Virus record (IMG/VR): IMGVR_UViG_3300033141_003493
Span: 1-58,150 of that record
DNA length: 58,150 nt
Strand: one strand, 5' to 3'
DNA from: a virus
Lineage: Duplodnaviria > Caudoviricetes
Of this stretch, positions 36,886 to 46,061 are shown piece after piece. Within the stretch, counting starts at the first letter, position 1; every line of letters begins with the position of its first letter. A model generated the notes under the pieces. It ran no database searches, had not been told where the DNA came from, and worked only from the letters and a program-made list of their open reading frames with translations. The translations under genes were made by a program, and so were the position numbers.

Positions 36886-36942
36886 CGGAGAGGGCGGGAT
36901 TTGAACCCGCGAGGCTTTTCGCCTACACGATTTCCAATCGTG
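36886..36942 (-). other. attP core: 3' portion of tRNA-Ser(GGA)
   Basis: minus strand CACGA-TTGGAAA-TCGTG, long variable arm AGGC-GAAAA-GCCT, T-arm GCGGG-TTCAAAT-CCCGC, acceptor CCTCTCC-G; 5' half degenerate; adjacent to integrase. Confidence 0.85.
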
Positions 36943-37037
36943 TGGACCCTCGGTCGCCTCTAGACAGCAGCGGAAGGGCATTACACAGGACTTCGAGGCA
37001 AAAGAGTAGAAATCTTTTGCGGCCCGAATCGTGTGGA

Positions 37038-37235
37038 CTATCGCGGCCCTATAAGCCCCGTGTCGCGCAGGAAGTAGCCAAAGGACGTCAGCACGGCGAC
37101 CCCCAGGGCGTCTACCCAACTCAGAGACCCCTGCGCAATCCATATGATGCCCAGGATGAGTAGGGCCACCGCCACGTAAACCAGTATCTTCTGTTTGGTG
37201 CCCCCGTAAGATTCGGGGCTGTTATGATCGACCAT
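37038..37235 (-). CDS. small two-TM membrane protein
   Basis: 65 aa with two hydrophobic segments. Confidence 0.5.
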   Translation of the reverse strand: MVDHNSPESYGGTKQKILVYVAVALLILGIIWIAQGSLSWVDALGVAVLTSFGYFLRDTGLIGPR

Positions 37236-37251
37236 TCCAGGTTACAGAACC

Positions 37252-37333
37252 TTTACAAACTCGAGCGACTCTGATAGAATGGCCTTGACTTATCAGCGTG
37301 TCGTGATATACTGGGAGTAGAACGGATGTTCTA
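37252..37333 (+). promoter_or_regulatory. tandem sigma70 promoters with LexA (SOS) box
   Basis: TTTACA-17-TAGAAT (37252-37280) and TTGACT-16-TATACT (37285-37312), both with extended TG; TAGAAC-GGAT-GTTCTA at 37318-37333. Confidence 0.75.
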
Positions 37334-37353
37334 AACATTCCAGGGGGCAGCTC

Positions 37354-37578
37354 ATGTCACTCACCGATCTCATTCATCAGTTACATCCTCTGTGTCGGAC
37401 GTGTCCTCACTTTCTAGCTGCGTTAGAAGCCCTTGCAGACTGCGAAGATATTCCTCAGCAGCCTCCTGAACCTCTGGTTTCATGCCCCGGATTAGATTCA
37501 AAAGGCGAATCTCGTTCTCGCTGTATTCTGATTCGTGCTTTAGCCACCCAAGAGCGTGAAACACGTCTTCACGCCTGA
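37354..37578 (+). CDS. putative SOS-induced small Cys-containing protein (antirepressor candidate)
   Basis: SD AGGGGG, ATG 20 nt after the LexA box; overlaps the repressor 3' half antisense. Confidence 0.4.
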   Translation: MSLTDLIHQLHPLCRTCPHFLAALEALADCEDIPQQPPEPLVSCPGLDSKGESRSRCILIRALATQERETRLHA

Positions 37579-37771
37579 TCCCGAACAGCTTGGCTAACCG
37601 ATCTATGTTCTTCAGACTAGGCGCTCCGCCGTCGTATATCCAGCGACGCACAGCCGTATGAGCGATCCCCAGTTGCTCGCCGAGTTCGCTCATATTCAGG
37701 TCCAGCCTGTCCATGTGGCCAAGCAGCCAGTTGCCGAATGCCGTGGGACGATCTCTCTTTCTGTATCTCAC
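37370..37771 (-). CDS. CI-like XRE HTH repressor without S24 peptidase domain
   Basis: MSELGEQLGIAHTAVRRW...PSLKNIDRLAKLFG; divergent from the lytic operon. Confidence 0.8.
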   Translation of the reverse strand: MRYRKRDRPTAFGNWLLGHMDRLDLNMSELGEQLGIAHTAVRRWIYDGGAPSLKNIDRLAKLFGIRREDVFHALGWLKHESEYSENEIRLLNLIRGMKPEVQEAAEEYLRSLQGLLTQLESEDTSDTEDVTDE

Positions 37772-37775
37772 GGAG

Positions 37776-37853
37776 ATTATACCACAAAGTCACACAACTT
37801 GGCAAGGCAGCCGCCGAGAAGCCCTTGACTTTTCTGAAAGTGTATGTTACAAT
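37776..37853. promoter_or_regulatory. divergent lysogeny/lytic promoters
   Basis: leftward TTGCCA-18-TATAAT (37805-37776); rightward TTGACT-17-TACAAT (37825-37853). Confidence 0.75.
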
Positions 37854-37947
37854 GTCCGCAAGCGAGCGACACAGGCGAGAGTTTTTTTGGCTGCCGTTGT
37901 CAGTCGGTGTTACAAAGTGCGTAAGGCGAAGGTTGGGAGGGGACGCT

Positions 37948-38136
37948 ATGCAGGTTTCCGAGAGGGCGGTCAAAAGCAAGGCGCAAACGTTTCGGTTGTC
38001 GGAAGCTGACCACAAGGCTCTGGGGGTTCTAGCTGCCCGAGAGCATCGCAACTTCTCTCAGATGATTCGAGAGTGTATCCGCAGAGAAGCAAGCCGACAG
38101 GGGCTGTGGAGAGAGTCAGATGAGCCAGCCACATGA
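37948..38136 (+). CDS. ribbon-helix-helix (Arc/CopG-like) regulator in Cro position
   Basis: QTFRLSEADHKAL..LA.REHRNFSQMIRECI; SD GGAGG. Confidence 0.7.
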   Translation: MQVSERAVKSKAQTFRLSEADHKALGVLAAREHRNFSQMIRECIRREASRQGLWRESDEPAT

Positions 38137-38527
38137 GAATGAGATCGAGGAGTATTTGAAGGCCCTAAGGGCGCAGAACCCCGAAACTGCGGACCTGCTG
38201 GAATATCATCTAAAGGGGGCCAAAGGACATCCGGGGTACTTTGCCCTAGAACTATGTCGGCTGGGGTTCGAATACGAGGAACACCCGGATTTGCCAAAGC
38301 TTACGCCAGAGCAACAAGGAATGCTCTTTATCATGAAGGCGGGCCTTTATGAGGCGCTTGCAATGCTAATACCTAACTTCACAGCTGTCATGACCGCTGA
38401 AGTTAGGTCGTGGGTCGATAGTACGATATGGCTGGCGCTGAACATAGGATTAGTAGAAGGAGGGAACCATGAGCGGAGAGGAGATGGAGTGGCTGGCGAG
38501 CAGGATAAGACAACTAGAGAAGGCTAG
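38120..38527 (+). CDS. hypothetical protein
   Basis: 135-aa ORF in the early lytic operon. Confidence 0.55.
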   Translation: MSQPHENEIEEYLKALRAQNPETADLLEYHLKGAKGHPGYFALELCRLGFEYEEHPDLPKLTPEQQGMLFIMKAGLYEALAMLIPNFTAVMTAEVRSWVDSTIWLALNIGLVEGGNHERRGDGVAGEQDKTTREG

Positions 38528-38592
38528 TAAGAGACAAGGCCGGATCATCGTCGGGCTGATTCGCCGGGTCACCGAGCTGGAGGGAGCAAACA

Positions 38593-39519
38593 ATGAAGGA
38601 TGTCTTGAGGCGGCTGGCCGAGCCGTTTCCCGAGAAGACCATCCAGTGGCTACCACAAAGTGTCACTAAGGATGGGCAACGAGCCTTGGCGGTGGCCTAT
38701 ATCGACCCCCGGGATGTACAGCGCCGCCTGGACGAGGTGGTTGGTATGGACTGGTCTTTCCAGTGGGAACCAATCTCTGAGACAGAGGAGGTAAACAGCG
38801 CGGGGCGGAAGGACGTTCTAATCACGGTTCGGGGGACACTGACCGTGCAGGGTACTACGCGCTCGGACGTGGGAGAGGGACACAAGAGCCGAGCGGGTTA
38901 TAAGGCCGCCGTCTCCGATGCCATCAAACGTTGCGGAGTCCAGTTTGGCATCGGCCGTTATCTCTACTATCTGCCCAAGACCTGGGTCCCGTATGACCAA
39001 AATACCAAACAACTCAAATCCACACCCAAGCTACCGTCTTGGGCTTTACCAGGTGCGTCGTGGAACCAAGCAGATGGTCCAGCCAGAAGTGAAGAGCCCG
39101 AAGTAGAAGAGGAGCAAAGTGAGGAGGAACAAAGGGCCGCCGTCCGACGTGAGAGAGGCGATCCAAACATTCGACCCTGGACGCCCGAGACGCTAAAGAG
39201 AGAAATCGCTATTCAGGCCCTACACGGCTATCAGCGAGAAGCTACCGAGAAACAGAAACAGACGGTACGGATGGTGCTAAAAAACCTCTTCCCAGACGAT
39301 CCCGAGGCTGAGGCTAAACGACATATGTTGCTGGGCTACCTCACCGGCAACGAGAGCAGCAAGGAAATGACTGGCCCCATGGCCTCGGCCTTGATTGCGT
39401 GGGCGTCAGAACCGGCCTGGGAGGAGAGCAAAAAGGTTCTTGTACCCAGTAAGTTAGCCATCCAGGAGGCTGCCAACGTTATGCGGGTCTTGGCAATGAC
39501 TGCACAGGAGGGACTGTGA
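38593..39519 (+). CDS. Rad52/Sak-family single-strand annealing recombinase
   Basis: AYIDPRDVQRRLDEVVG, KAAVSDAIKRCGVQFGIGRYLY. Confidence 0.9.
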   Translation: MKDVLRRLAEPFPEKTIQWLPQSVTKDGQRALAVAYIDPRDVQRRLDEVVGMDWSFQWEPISETEEVNSAGRKDVLITVRGTLTVQGTTRSDVGEGHKSRAGYKAAVSDAIKRCGVQFGIGRYLYYLPKTWVPYDQNTKQLKSTPKLPSWALPGASWNQADGPARSEEPEVEEEQSEEEQRAAVRRERGDPNIRPWTPETLKREIAIQALHGYQREATEKQKQTVRMVLKNLFPDDPEAEAKRHMLLGYLTGNESSKEMTGPMASALIAWASEPAWEESKKVLVPSKLAIQEAANVMRVLAMTAQEGL

Positions 39520-39779
39520 GCGGTGGTCTCGGACAGCGCATTCGCATGGCACGCAACCTGGCCGGGTTGTCGCAGCGCCTGCTGGCCGAGCGCGTGGGTG
39601 TTGCGCCGGGGACGGTGAGCAACTGGGAGCACGGCCGCGACGCGCCCAACAGCCGCTACATCATCGTGCTGGCCGATGCGTGTGGAGTCCAACCGGAGTT
39701 CTTTTTCAGAACAGGAGAGGTGGAGCTCTCGCAGGGGCACGAGTCAGACATGTTAGGCGGGCAGCCGATCGAGAGGTAG
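39516..39779 (+). CDS. XRE HTH transcriptional regulator
   Basis: LSQRLLAERVGVAPGTVSNWEHG. Confidence 0.85.
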   Translation: MSGGLGQRIRMARNLAGLSQRLLAERVGVAPGTVSNWEHGRDAPNSRYIIVLADACGVQPEFFFRTGEVELSQGHESDMLGGQPIER

Positions 39780-39828
39780 GCGATGCACGACTAGAGCGTG
39801 GTTGTCGCAAACAGCCTGGGAGGGGCGT

Positions 39829-40059
39829 ATGGACGCTTGGAAGGAGATAAAGAAAAAGATTAGGAGAGACGCCAAGGTGGTCACGTGGAAGCAGAGGGGC
39901 AACTTCGCTTTCTGCGAGATAGAGTACGACGGTAAGAAGGGGTTGGGCTTTGCCAAGCGCAATCCAAATAAGGACGAGGACAACCCTGCCATCCGTGGCG
40001 AGGTAGCTTTCGGACGGGCTTGTGCGGATGTGGCCCGACAAATCACTGGACACCCGTAA
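39829..40059 (+). CDS. hypothetical protein
   Basis: GFAKRNPNKDEDNPAIRGEVAFGRA motif; SD GGAGG. Confidence 0.6.
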   Translation: MDAWKEIKKKIRRDAKVVTWKQRGNFAFCEIEYDGKKGLGFAKRNPNKDEDNPAIRGEVAFGRACADVARQITGHP

Positions 40060-40068
40060 GGAGGGGAA

Positions 40069-40503
40069 ATGTACAAAAGTATTCAGGCAGAAGCGTCGGA
40101 GCAGTTCAACAAGAAGCGATTGGAACGGAAAGACAAAGGAGAATATTGGCGCGACCGGCTTACCATCGAGGCTAAGTATGCTTTTGACAGGGAGCCCGAC
40201 AGCATCGACGTAAACGAGGGGTCCATAACCATCGACGGCCTGACCATTTATTGGCAGGGAGGGGACATTATAGAACCAGAGGGCTGGGTACTGAAGAAAG
40301 TCTGCCCGGACTGCGGAAAGACGCTGGTGACGCCGGTCATCCGCAACCTAGCCGAGTTGGGGGCAGCGCTGGAGGACTATGACAAGTTTGAGGGACACAC
40401 CTGCCCAAGCAAGAACTGGGGCCTGTCAGACGACGATATCTTTGAGATCGCAGACAGTATTGTAGATCAGGTGTGCAAAGTGCTCCGCGGAGAAATGGTA
40501 TGA
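40069..40503 (+). CDS. hypothetical protein with CPDC/HTC zinc motif
   Basis: SD AAGGAGG, 144 aa. Confidence 0.6.
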   Translation: MYKSIQAEASEQFNKKRLERKDKGEYWRDRLTIEAKYAFDREPDSIDVNEGSITIDGLTIYWQGGDIIEPEGWVLKKVCPDCGKTLVTPVIRNLAELGAALEDYDKFEGHTCPSKNWGLSDDDIFEIADSIVDQVCKVLRGEMV

Positions 40504-40559
40504 GACAATAGGACCATATGACCGCCGAGGCTTGGCTCGACCGAGGCGGTATTACAAAC

Positions 40560-40597
40560 CGCTGGGCTAATGGTCGGGGAGCGCCATTAGCCCAGCG
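40560..40597. terminator. strong hairpin in the early operon
   Basis: CGCTGGGCTAATGG ... CCATTAGCCCAGCG 14-bp stem. Confidence 0.55.
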
Positions 40598-40651
40598 GGG
40601 GTCAGCGCAGTATAGGAGACTGACATGCAGATATACGATAAGGAGTAGGAA

Positions 40652-41056
40652 ATGAGAGACGAAGTATTAGCGCAGGCGACACGCGCTGACTTGGCCGACC
40701 ACCTCCGAGACCACTATGAACGGCTGTCGCGTGATTGTTGCGATTGGTCTAGCGCCATGCCGGAGGCTATCGACGCATGGGAGCGCGAGCCGAAGTTGCG
40801 TACCGAATGTGAGGCGTTGCAGACGCGGCTGTTAGACGCCGAGGCCGCGATTGGTTGCGCGTACAAGTTCCCGAGGCGGTATGGTGTCCACCTGCGGCGC
40901 TATATGGAGCGCTACGGTTTTGCAAACGCGGATGCGCTGCTGGACCACGTAGATGTACAGCGCTTCCGCAGGCACGTGGGAGCAGTTGACCGGTTCTTTG
41001 GTATAGGAACACGCGGTCAGAAGACGAAGGGGGAGCAGAATGTCACAGGAAGTTGA
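40652..41056 (+). CDS. hypothetical protein
   Basis: 134-aa ORF with SD AAGGAG. Confidence 0.55.
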   Translation: MRDEVLAQATRADLADHLRDHYERLSRDCCDWSSAMPEAIDAWEREPKLRTECEALQTRLLDAEAAIGCAYKFPRRYGVHLRRYMERYGFANADALLDHVDVQRFRRHVGAVDRFFGIGTRGQKTKGEQNVTGS

Positions 41057-41300
41057 AGTGCCCACATTGCTGGGAAGCGCCCAGAGGCTTGAGAAGCAAC
41101 TCGAAGAGTTGCAGCGCCGTATTGGCATCTCTAGCCCCGATCCAGCGCCAGCGGAACCGGACTGGGGTGACCCATCGCGGATGCTGCACGACGTGTACGA
41201 GATCGATGCAATCCTGGGCCGATGTTCGTCCAGAGTCGACCTGATCCATGCTGCTGTGTACGAGATCTCTGTGGCACTGAGCGGGCCACAAAGTGCGTAA
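41040..41300 (+). CDS. hypothetical coiled-coil protein
   Basis: 86 aa, SD GGGGAG. Confidence 0.5.
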   Translation: MSQEVEVPTLLGSAQRLEKQLEELQRRIGISSPDPAPAEPDWGDPSRMLHDVYEIDAILGRCSSRVDLIHAAVYEISVALSGPQSA

Positions 41301-41597
41301 CTAGCTTTCACCACTGCGCCGCCCGCGACGGGCAGCGCGCAGACCCGGACGATCAGTCTAGGCGGCGGCGCGGTGGGAAGGGAGAACCGTTGGTAGGGCG
41401 CAACCCACGCAGAGGGGGTGATACACATACCGGACATCCAGTGGATAGTCCCGCAGCAAACAGTGAGTTGGCCACTCTACCGCCCGCGACGGGGACAGCC
41501 GACGGCAACGCCGTCAGGCGGGTTAGGCGCAATGCGCCGAGGGCCAGACTAGAGGGCGTATGGCTTGGCGGCGGTGGGGTGGTATGGAGGGGGTAGC

Positions 41598-42158
41598 ATG
41601 AACAATAAGGTACTGAAGCGGTGGGCCAAGGTGATCGAGCGCACTAGAGAGATGCTGAATGATAGCAAGTGGGCGCGAGTCGAGACTTGGCGTTGCATTG
41701 TAGACCTGGCGGAGGAAGTAGACCGCCTCCAAGAGGAGGTCGAGGTGCTTGACCATGGGGAGGCGGAGTCGCGGATGTATGTAGACTCGTTGGAGACGGA
41801 GCTGACGAAGTACCGTCAGTTGTGCAAGCAGTTTGGCGAGCGGCTACTTGACGGATACGGCGCGGTCTGTTGGTCGTGTACATATTGGTCCTCGGAAGAC
41901 GGCTGGTGTGAGAAGCGAGCCATGCACTGTTGCGATGCAGATCAATGCTACTGCGAGCATTGGCAACTACTTGGCCCTGATAATGCCCTACGGCAACTAG
42001 GTCAGCGCAATATTGATCTAACCAATGCTCAGAACGACATAGAGACGCTGCGAGCCGAGAACGAGCGGCTACGAAAAGCCCTACGAGAGCAAGCATTCGA
42101 TCATGAGACCGGCCTGCACCAGATCAGGCTTGACAGGAACACGACCGATGCTTCTTGA
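41598..42158 (+). CDS. coiled-coil protein with Cys-rich domain
   Basis: CWSCTYW...DGWC...CEHW. Confidence 0.6.
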   Translation: MNNKVLKRWAKVIERTREMLNDSKWARVETWRCIVDLAEEVDRLQEEVEVLDHGEAESRMYVDSLETELTKYRQLCKQFGERLLDGYGAVCWSCTYWSSEDGWCEKRAMHCCDADQCYCEHWQLLGPDNALRQLGQRNIDLTNAQNDIETLRAENERLRKALREQAFDHETGLHQIRLDRNTTDAS

Positions 42159-42480
42159 GATCGCACTTGTGTTTGGCGGGTTCATGCTGGGCATGGTCGT
42201 CATGTCCTGGCTGGCGAGCCGTGAGTATAAGCCACTCAATGAGCAGTGGCTCGAGGACTACGGCCCGTGTTGTGGCACCTGTGTATACTGGTGCTCAGCA
42301 GATGGCTGGTGTGGGAAGCAAGGCGATTACTACGACGAGGATGCACCAGGCTGCGAGCATTGGTGGTTGTTTGACCCTGATGACGACCATTGGCGACGCT
42401 TTGACCCCGATGATGTCATGCGTGTTGCGCGCATTGCAGAGGCGTATGAGCGGCAGGAACTGTTGCACAAGGATGGATGA
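42148..42480 (+). CDS. membrane-anchored protein with the same Cys-rich domain
   Basis: N-terminal TM; CGTCVYW...DGWC...CEHW. Confidence 0.6.
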   Translation: MLLEIALVFGGFMLGMVVMSWLASREYKPLNEQWLEDYGPCCGTCVYWCSADGWCGKQGDYYDEDAPGCEHWWLFDPDDDHWRRFDPDDVMRVARIAEAYERQELLHKDG

Positions 42481-43108
42481 CAATATGCAGCGGCCACTGA
42501 TTGTCCGTTCCATGCTGAAACACCTGGCCGAGTTCGGTGACGCAGGCCGCTTCTCGCTAAGTGGCGTGCAGGTGGCTGAGCTCGTGGAGTACCTGCAAGA
42601 GATGGAGCGTCGGGCTCTACGCGGCGAGAGCTTACAACAGACTTATCGCCGGCTCCGTGCCAACGGCCACCTACACACAAACGAAGGCCAGGCGGAACTG
42701 GATCGGCTGACACGTTGAGTCGGAGGCGCGCCATCGCTAGGCGATGCTATCAAGCTGACGATGAGGGCATCCTCTCATGGCGCGTAGTGCAGCGTTTGCT
42801 GGAGGTGCTCTTGGAACGCGACTACCCCGAGGAGCCGTTCTCGGGTCGGATAACGTTTCACATCGTGGACGGCGACGTCAGACGCCGTGAGGTGATACAC
42901 AGCCACCCAGTAGACAGCAACGCCAGCGAAATATCACGGGAGCGTACAAGCGCCTGGCGGTGCAGAGGATGATACCGGCTCGCTACCGGAACCGCCATTA
43001 GCCGGCGGCCTACAGATCACGAAAGGAGGGACTCCCTGACCACCGCCGGCGACATGGCCGAGGCGTGAAGCCAAGCCACAGGAGCACCGTGACCCGAGGA
43101 CGTATCTT

Positions 43109-43411
43109 ATGCACACGCCTCGGCCAATAGATGTATGCAGAGAAGCTATGCAAACGACCATCTATCAATCCGTATTGCGAGATTACCGAACTGAGCCCAG
43201 TATCCCAATCGACATGCTGGCTCGTAAATATGGGATCACCCGCGCCCAAGTTCAGGGCATTCTTGAAGAGGAAACATGTCCCATCTGCGGCATCCTGGTC
43301 CGGCGTTGCGAAGAAGGCTACGACGAACAGAGTAAAGTCTGCAACGATTGTCATCAACGCTATCCGGAAAGAGCGGAAAGATGGATCAGAGTGCGAGCCG
43401 TGCCCCGGTAA
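43109..43411 (+). CDS. HTH plus zinc-finger protein
   Basis: LARKYGITRAQVQGIL; CPIC...CNDC. Confidence 0.55.
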   Translation: MHTPRPIDVCREAMQTTIYQSVLRDYRTEPSIPIDMLARKYGITRAQVQGILEEETCPICGILVRRCEEGYDEQSKVCNDCHQRYPERAERWIRVRAVPR

Positions 43412-43438
43412 GGACACGGCAATAGACAAAGGAGAGCA

Positions 43439-44296
43439 ATGCCTCCGATCATTACTAACAAGCACGGCTTACCAGAGCCCATAGTCAGAGCTGCCGAAGA
43501 CAATCAACATCGCACCAAGACCGGTGGTATCTCGGTGACCCAGCTCATTCTGCCGCCGCGCATTCGCATACTACAAGAACGCCACGACTACGAGCTAGAC
43601 GTTTCCGAGATGCTCTGGATGCTCGCAGGAACAGCACTTCACAAAGTCCTACAAGAGTATGAAGACGATGCACATTCCGAACTGTTCCTATGGGCGGACT
43701 TCACCCAAAACCTCAAGCTAGGTTCTTACCTGCTAACCGGAAACATAGACCGGCTAAAGAACGGGGTCCTCTCCGACTGGAAGTATACGTCGGTCTGGAG
43801 CGTCATCTATGGTCAGGACGACTGGGAACCACAAGTAAACCTGTATGCCGAACTTGCGCGACGCAACGGGCTGCGCGTTGATAGACTAGAAGTAGTGGCG
43901 TTTTTGCGAGACTGGAACAGCAAGAAAGCACAGTACGATACCACCTATCCACCATGCCAGCTGGCTATAATCCCCATCGAAATGTGGAGCCAAGAGCGCT
44001 GCCAAGAGTACATCCTGGAGCGGTTCCGGCTTCACCGCGACGCCGAAAAACTGGCCGACGAAGAGCTGCCCATGTGTACACCCGAGGAAAGGTGGGAAAA
44101 ACCAACAGAGTATGCGGTTATGAAGAGAGGAAGGCAATCGGCCGTGAGAGCGCACTTTGAGACTGAACAAGAGGCGGTGCTTTACGCAAAGCAAAACAAT
44201 ATACAGGGGGCCTACATCGAGATGCGTCCGGGCAAGTGCGCCCGTTGCGAGGGCAACTACTGTCACGTAGCAGAAATATGCGAGCGCCTGCAATGA
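43439..44296 (+). CDS. PD-(D/E)XK (RecB/Cas4-like) exonuclease
   Basis: GTALH, GNID, DWKYT, QVNLY, C-terminal Cys cluster. Confidence 0.8.
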   Translation: MPPIITNKHGLPEPIVRAAEDNQHRTKTGGISVTQLILPPRIRILQERHDYELDVSEMLWMLAGTALHKVLQEYEDDAHSELFLWADFTQNLKLGSYLLTGNIDRLKNGVLSDWKYTSVWSVIYGQDDWEPQVNLYAELARRNGLRVDRLEVVAFLRDWNSKKAQYDTTYPPCQLAIIPIEMWSQERCQEYILERFRLHRDAEKLADEELPMCTPEERWEKPTEYAVMKRGRQSAVRAHFETEQEAVLYAKQNNIQGAYIEMRPGKCARCEGNYCHVAEICERLQ

Positions 44297-44604
44297 TCGA
44301 GATACTTGTGGCCATCTACCTAGCCGCTGCCAAATACGACATTTCGGCAGACTACTTGCAATGCGTTGCGAGATACGAGTCCTCGTTTGACGCAGAAGCG
44401 GTTGGAGACGCGGGCCTAGCAGTGGGTCTTTACCAGTGGCACCCGGACAGTTGGAAATGGGCCAGGGAAAAGATGGGGAGAGATAGCGACTTGGAGCTCC
44501 GTAAAGAGCCGAGCGAGGCAGCTGAAACCGCCGCCTACATTATGAGCGAGTACAACTTATACCGCTGGTGGAGCGCAGACAGGCTGTGCCAATCACGGAG
44601 GTAA
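44293..44604 (+). CDS. SLT-like lytic transglycosylase
   Basis: ES.F...AVG..G...GLYQ motif. Confidence 0.7.
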   Translation: MIEILVAIYLAAAKYDISADYLQCVARYESSFDAEAVGDAGLAVGLYQWHPDSWKWAREKMGRDSDLELRKEPSEAAETAAYIMSEYNLYRWWSADRLCQSRR

Positions 44605-45003
44605 CTTATGAAGACTATCCTTCTGGGTCCTAGGGCCAACATCTATCACTTAGCAGCGGTTGCCGAAGACGGCAGCGTTTCCCCGCTGTGTGGCGAGAAA
44701 CAGTACGACGAGGATACCTGGATTGTATCAAGAGAGCCACACCGATTCGTCATAGGACGCCTGAACAGAACCCCACGCGGGGGGAGCATAAGACGTCTAT
44801 GCAAACGATGTGAGAATGCCAAGCTATCGGATTGAGATACCTCGCTTCTACATCTGCTTCGAGGAGCAGAAAGTAGACCCCGGGCTCTTGGGTCTGTTCC
44901 TGCTCCAGTGGTACCAATGGCTAGAAAAGACCGACAAGATTGACGTACACATCTTACACGAACACAGCGCGAAGTTCGGCGGGGATCAGCAGGAACAACA
45001 ACA

Positions 45004-45948
45004 ATGCGCAAGTCATCCCTACCGCCAGAGTGGAGAATCCTAGAGGGATCGGTCCAGTACGTCCAGAAAGTACCGGGCCGTCTGGAGTGGTCCAGCACAT
45101 GCCCGCAATGCGGCGGCACACCCCATGCCGACGGAGAGTGGCCGGACCGCTTTCGTATGTTCACCGATGGGAAGCCCCGGGCTTGGTGCCGGCAATGTGG
45201 GCTTATAGCCTTCCCAGACCAGTTTGGCAGTAACCGACCCGACGATGAAGACCTAGAGCGCTGGCGTCGGCAGCAGCAGGAAGTCGAGTTACGTCGCAAG
45301 CGAGAAGCAGAGCGGGCGCTGGCCCTTCTAGAAAACTTTTGGCTGGATTATCACCGGCAGATGACAGTAGAGGATCGTCGCTGGTGGCGTCGTCGAGGCG
45401 TCCCCGATAGTCTCCAAGACTTCTGGAAACTTGGGGCCGGCAGCGCAGATATCCCCGTTGATGGCCAATGGCAATCCTGGCCCACGGCCACCATCCCATT
45501 GCTGGCCCCTGGCGGACTCCGCAACGTCAAGCATCGCCTCAAAGACCCGCCTCGCGGCGTGGGGAAGTACCGCTACGAGGTGGCCCATGTCCCTGCGGCG
45601 CTATTCCTCTGCAACCCCGAGATACCACTAGAGGGGCACGTTTACTGCGTGGAAGGCGAGATAAAGGCCATGGTGACCTGGAGCACTCTACGTGACGAAG
45701 AACTGCCAATGGTCGGGCTGCCTGGTATCAGACCACCGCGAAGCTGCATCAAAGAGCTCCGGCGGGCAGAGCAAGTAACGCTGGTTGTAGACCCGGGCGC
45801 AGGTGAGCAGGGGGTGAGATTGGCCAAGGAACTCCCTGACTGCCGGTTGCTGGAGTGCTGCGCCAAGATCGATGATCTGATTCTGGCCACTCACGCAAAC
45901 AAGGACGATGTAGAAAGACTGCTCAGACAGGCAAGGAGGGTAATATGA
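45004..45948 (+). CDS. DNA primase (Zn finger + TOPRIM)
   Basis: CPQCGG...DRF...WCRQCG; CVEGEIKA. Confidence 0.8.
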   Translation: MRKSSLPPEWRILEGSVQYVQKVPGRLEWSSTCPQCGGTPHADGEWPDRFRMFTDGKPRAWCRQCGLIAFPDQFGSNRPDDEDLERWRRQQQEVELRRKREAERALALLENFWLDYHRQMTVEDRRWWRRRGVPDSLQDFWKLGAGSADIPVDGQWQSWPTATIPLLAPGGLRNVKHRLKDPPRGVGKYRYEVAHVPAALFLCNPEIPLEGHVYCVEGEIKAMVTWSTLRDEELPMVGLPGIRPPRSCIKELRRAEQVTLVVDPGAGEQGVRLAKELPDCRLLECCAKIDDLILATHANKDDVERLLRQARRVI

Positions 45949-46061
45949 GGCCAACCTTTACGTAGGGGGTTTGCCCCCAAAGGGCTTAGGGACCAGCAGT
46001 TTGCTCTTAGAACAAGGGGCATAGAGTCGCCGAAGGGCTTAGCAGGAAAGCGAGGGGGACA

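Noticed and set aside
36883-36963. Complete functional tRNA-Ser gene
   Set aside because: 5' acceptor strand mismatched at two positions, D-arm collapsed, CTA instead of CCA; better explained as attP
43439-44296. Cas4 as part of a CRISPR system
   Set aside because: Lies in the recombination/replication operon with Sak; typical phage PD-(D/E)XK exonuclease with no cas1/cas2
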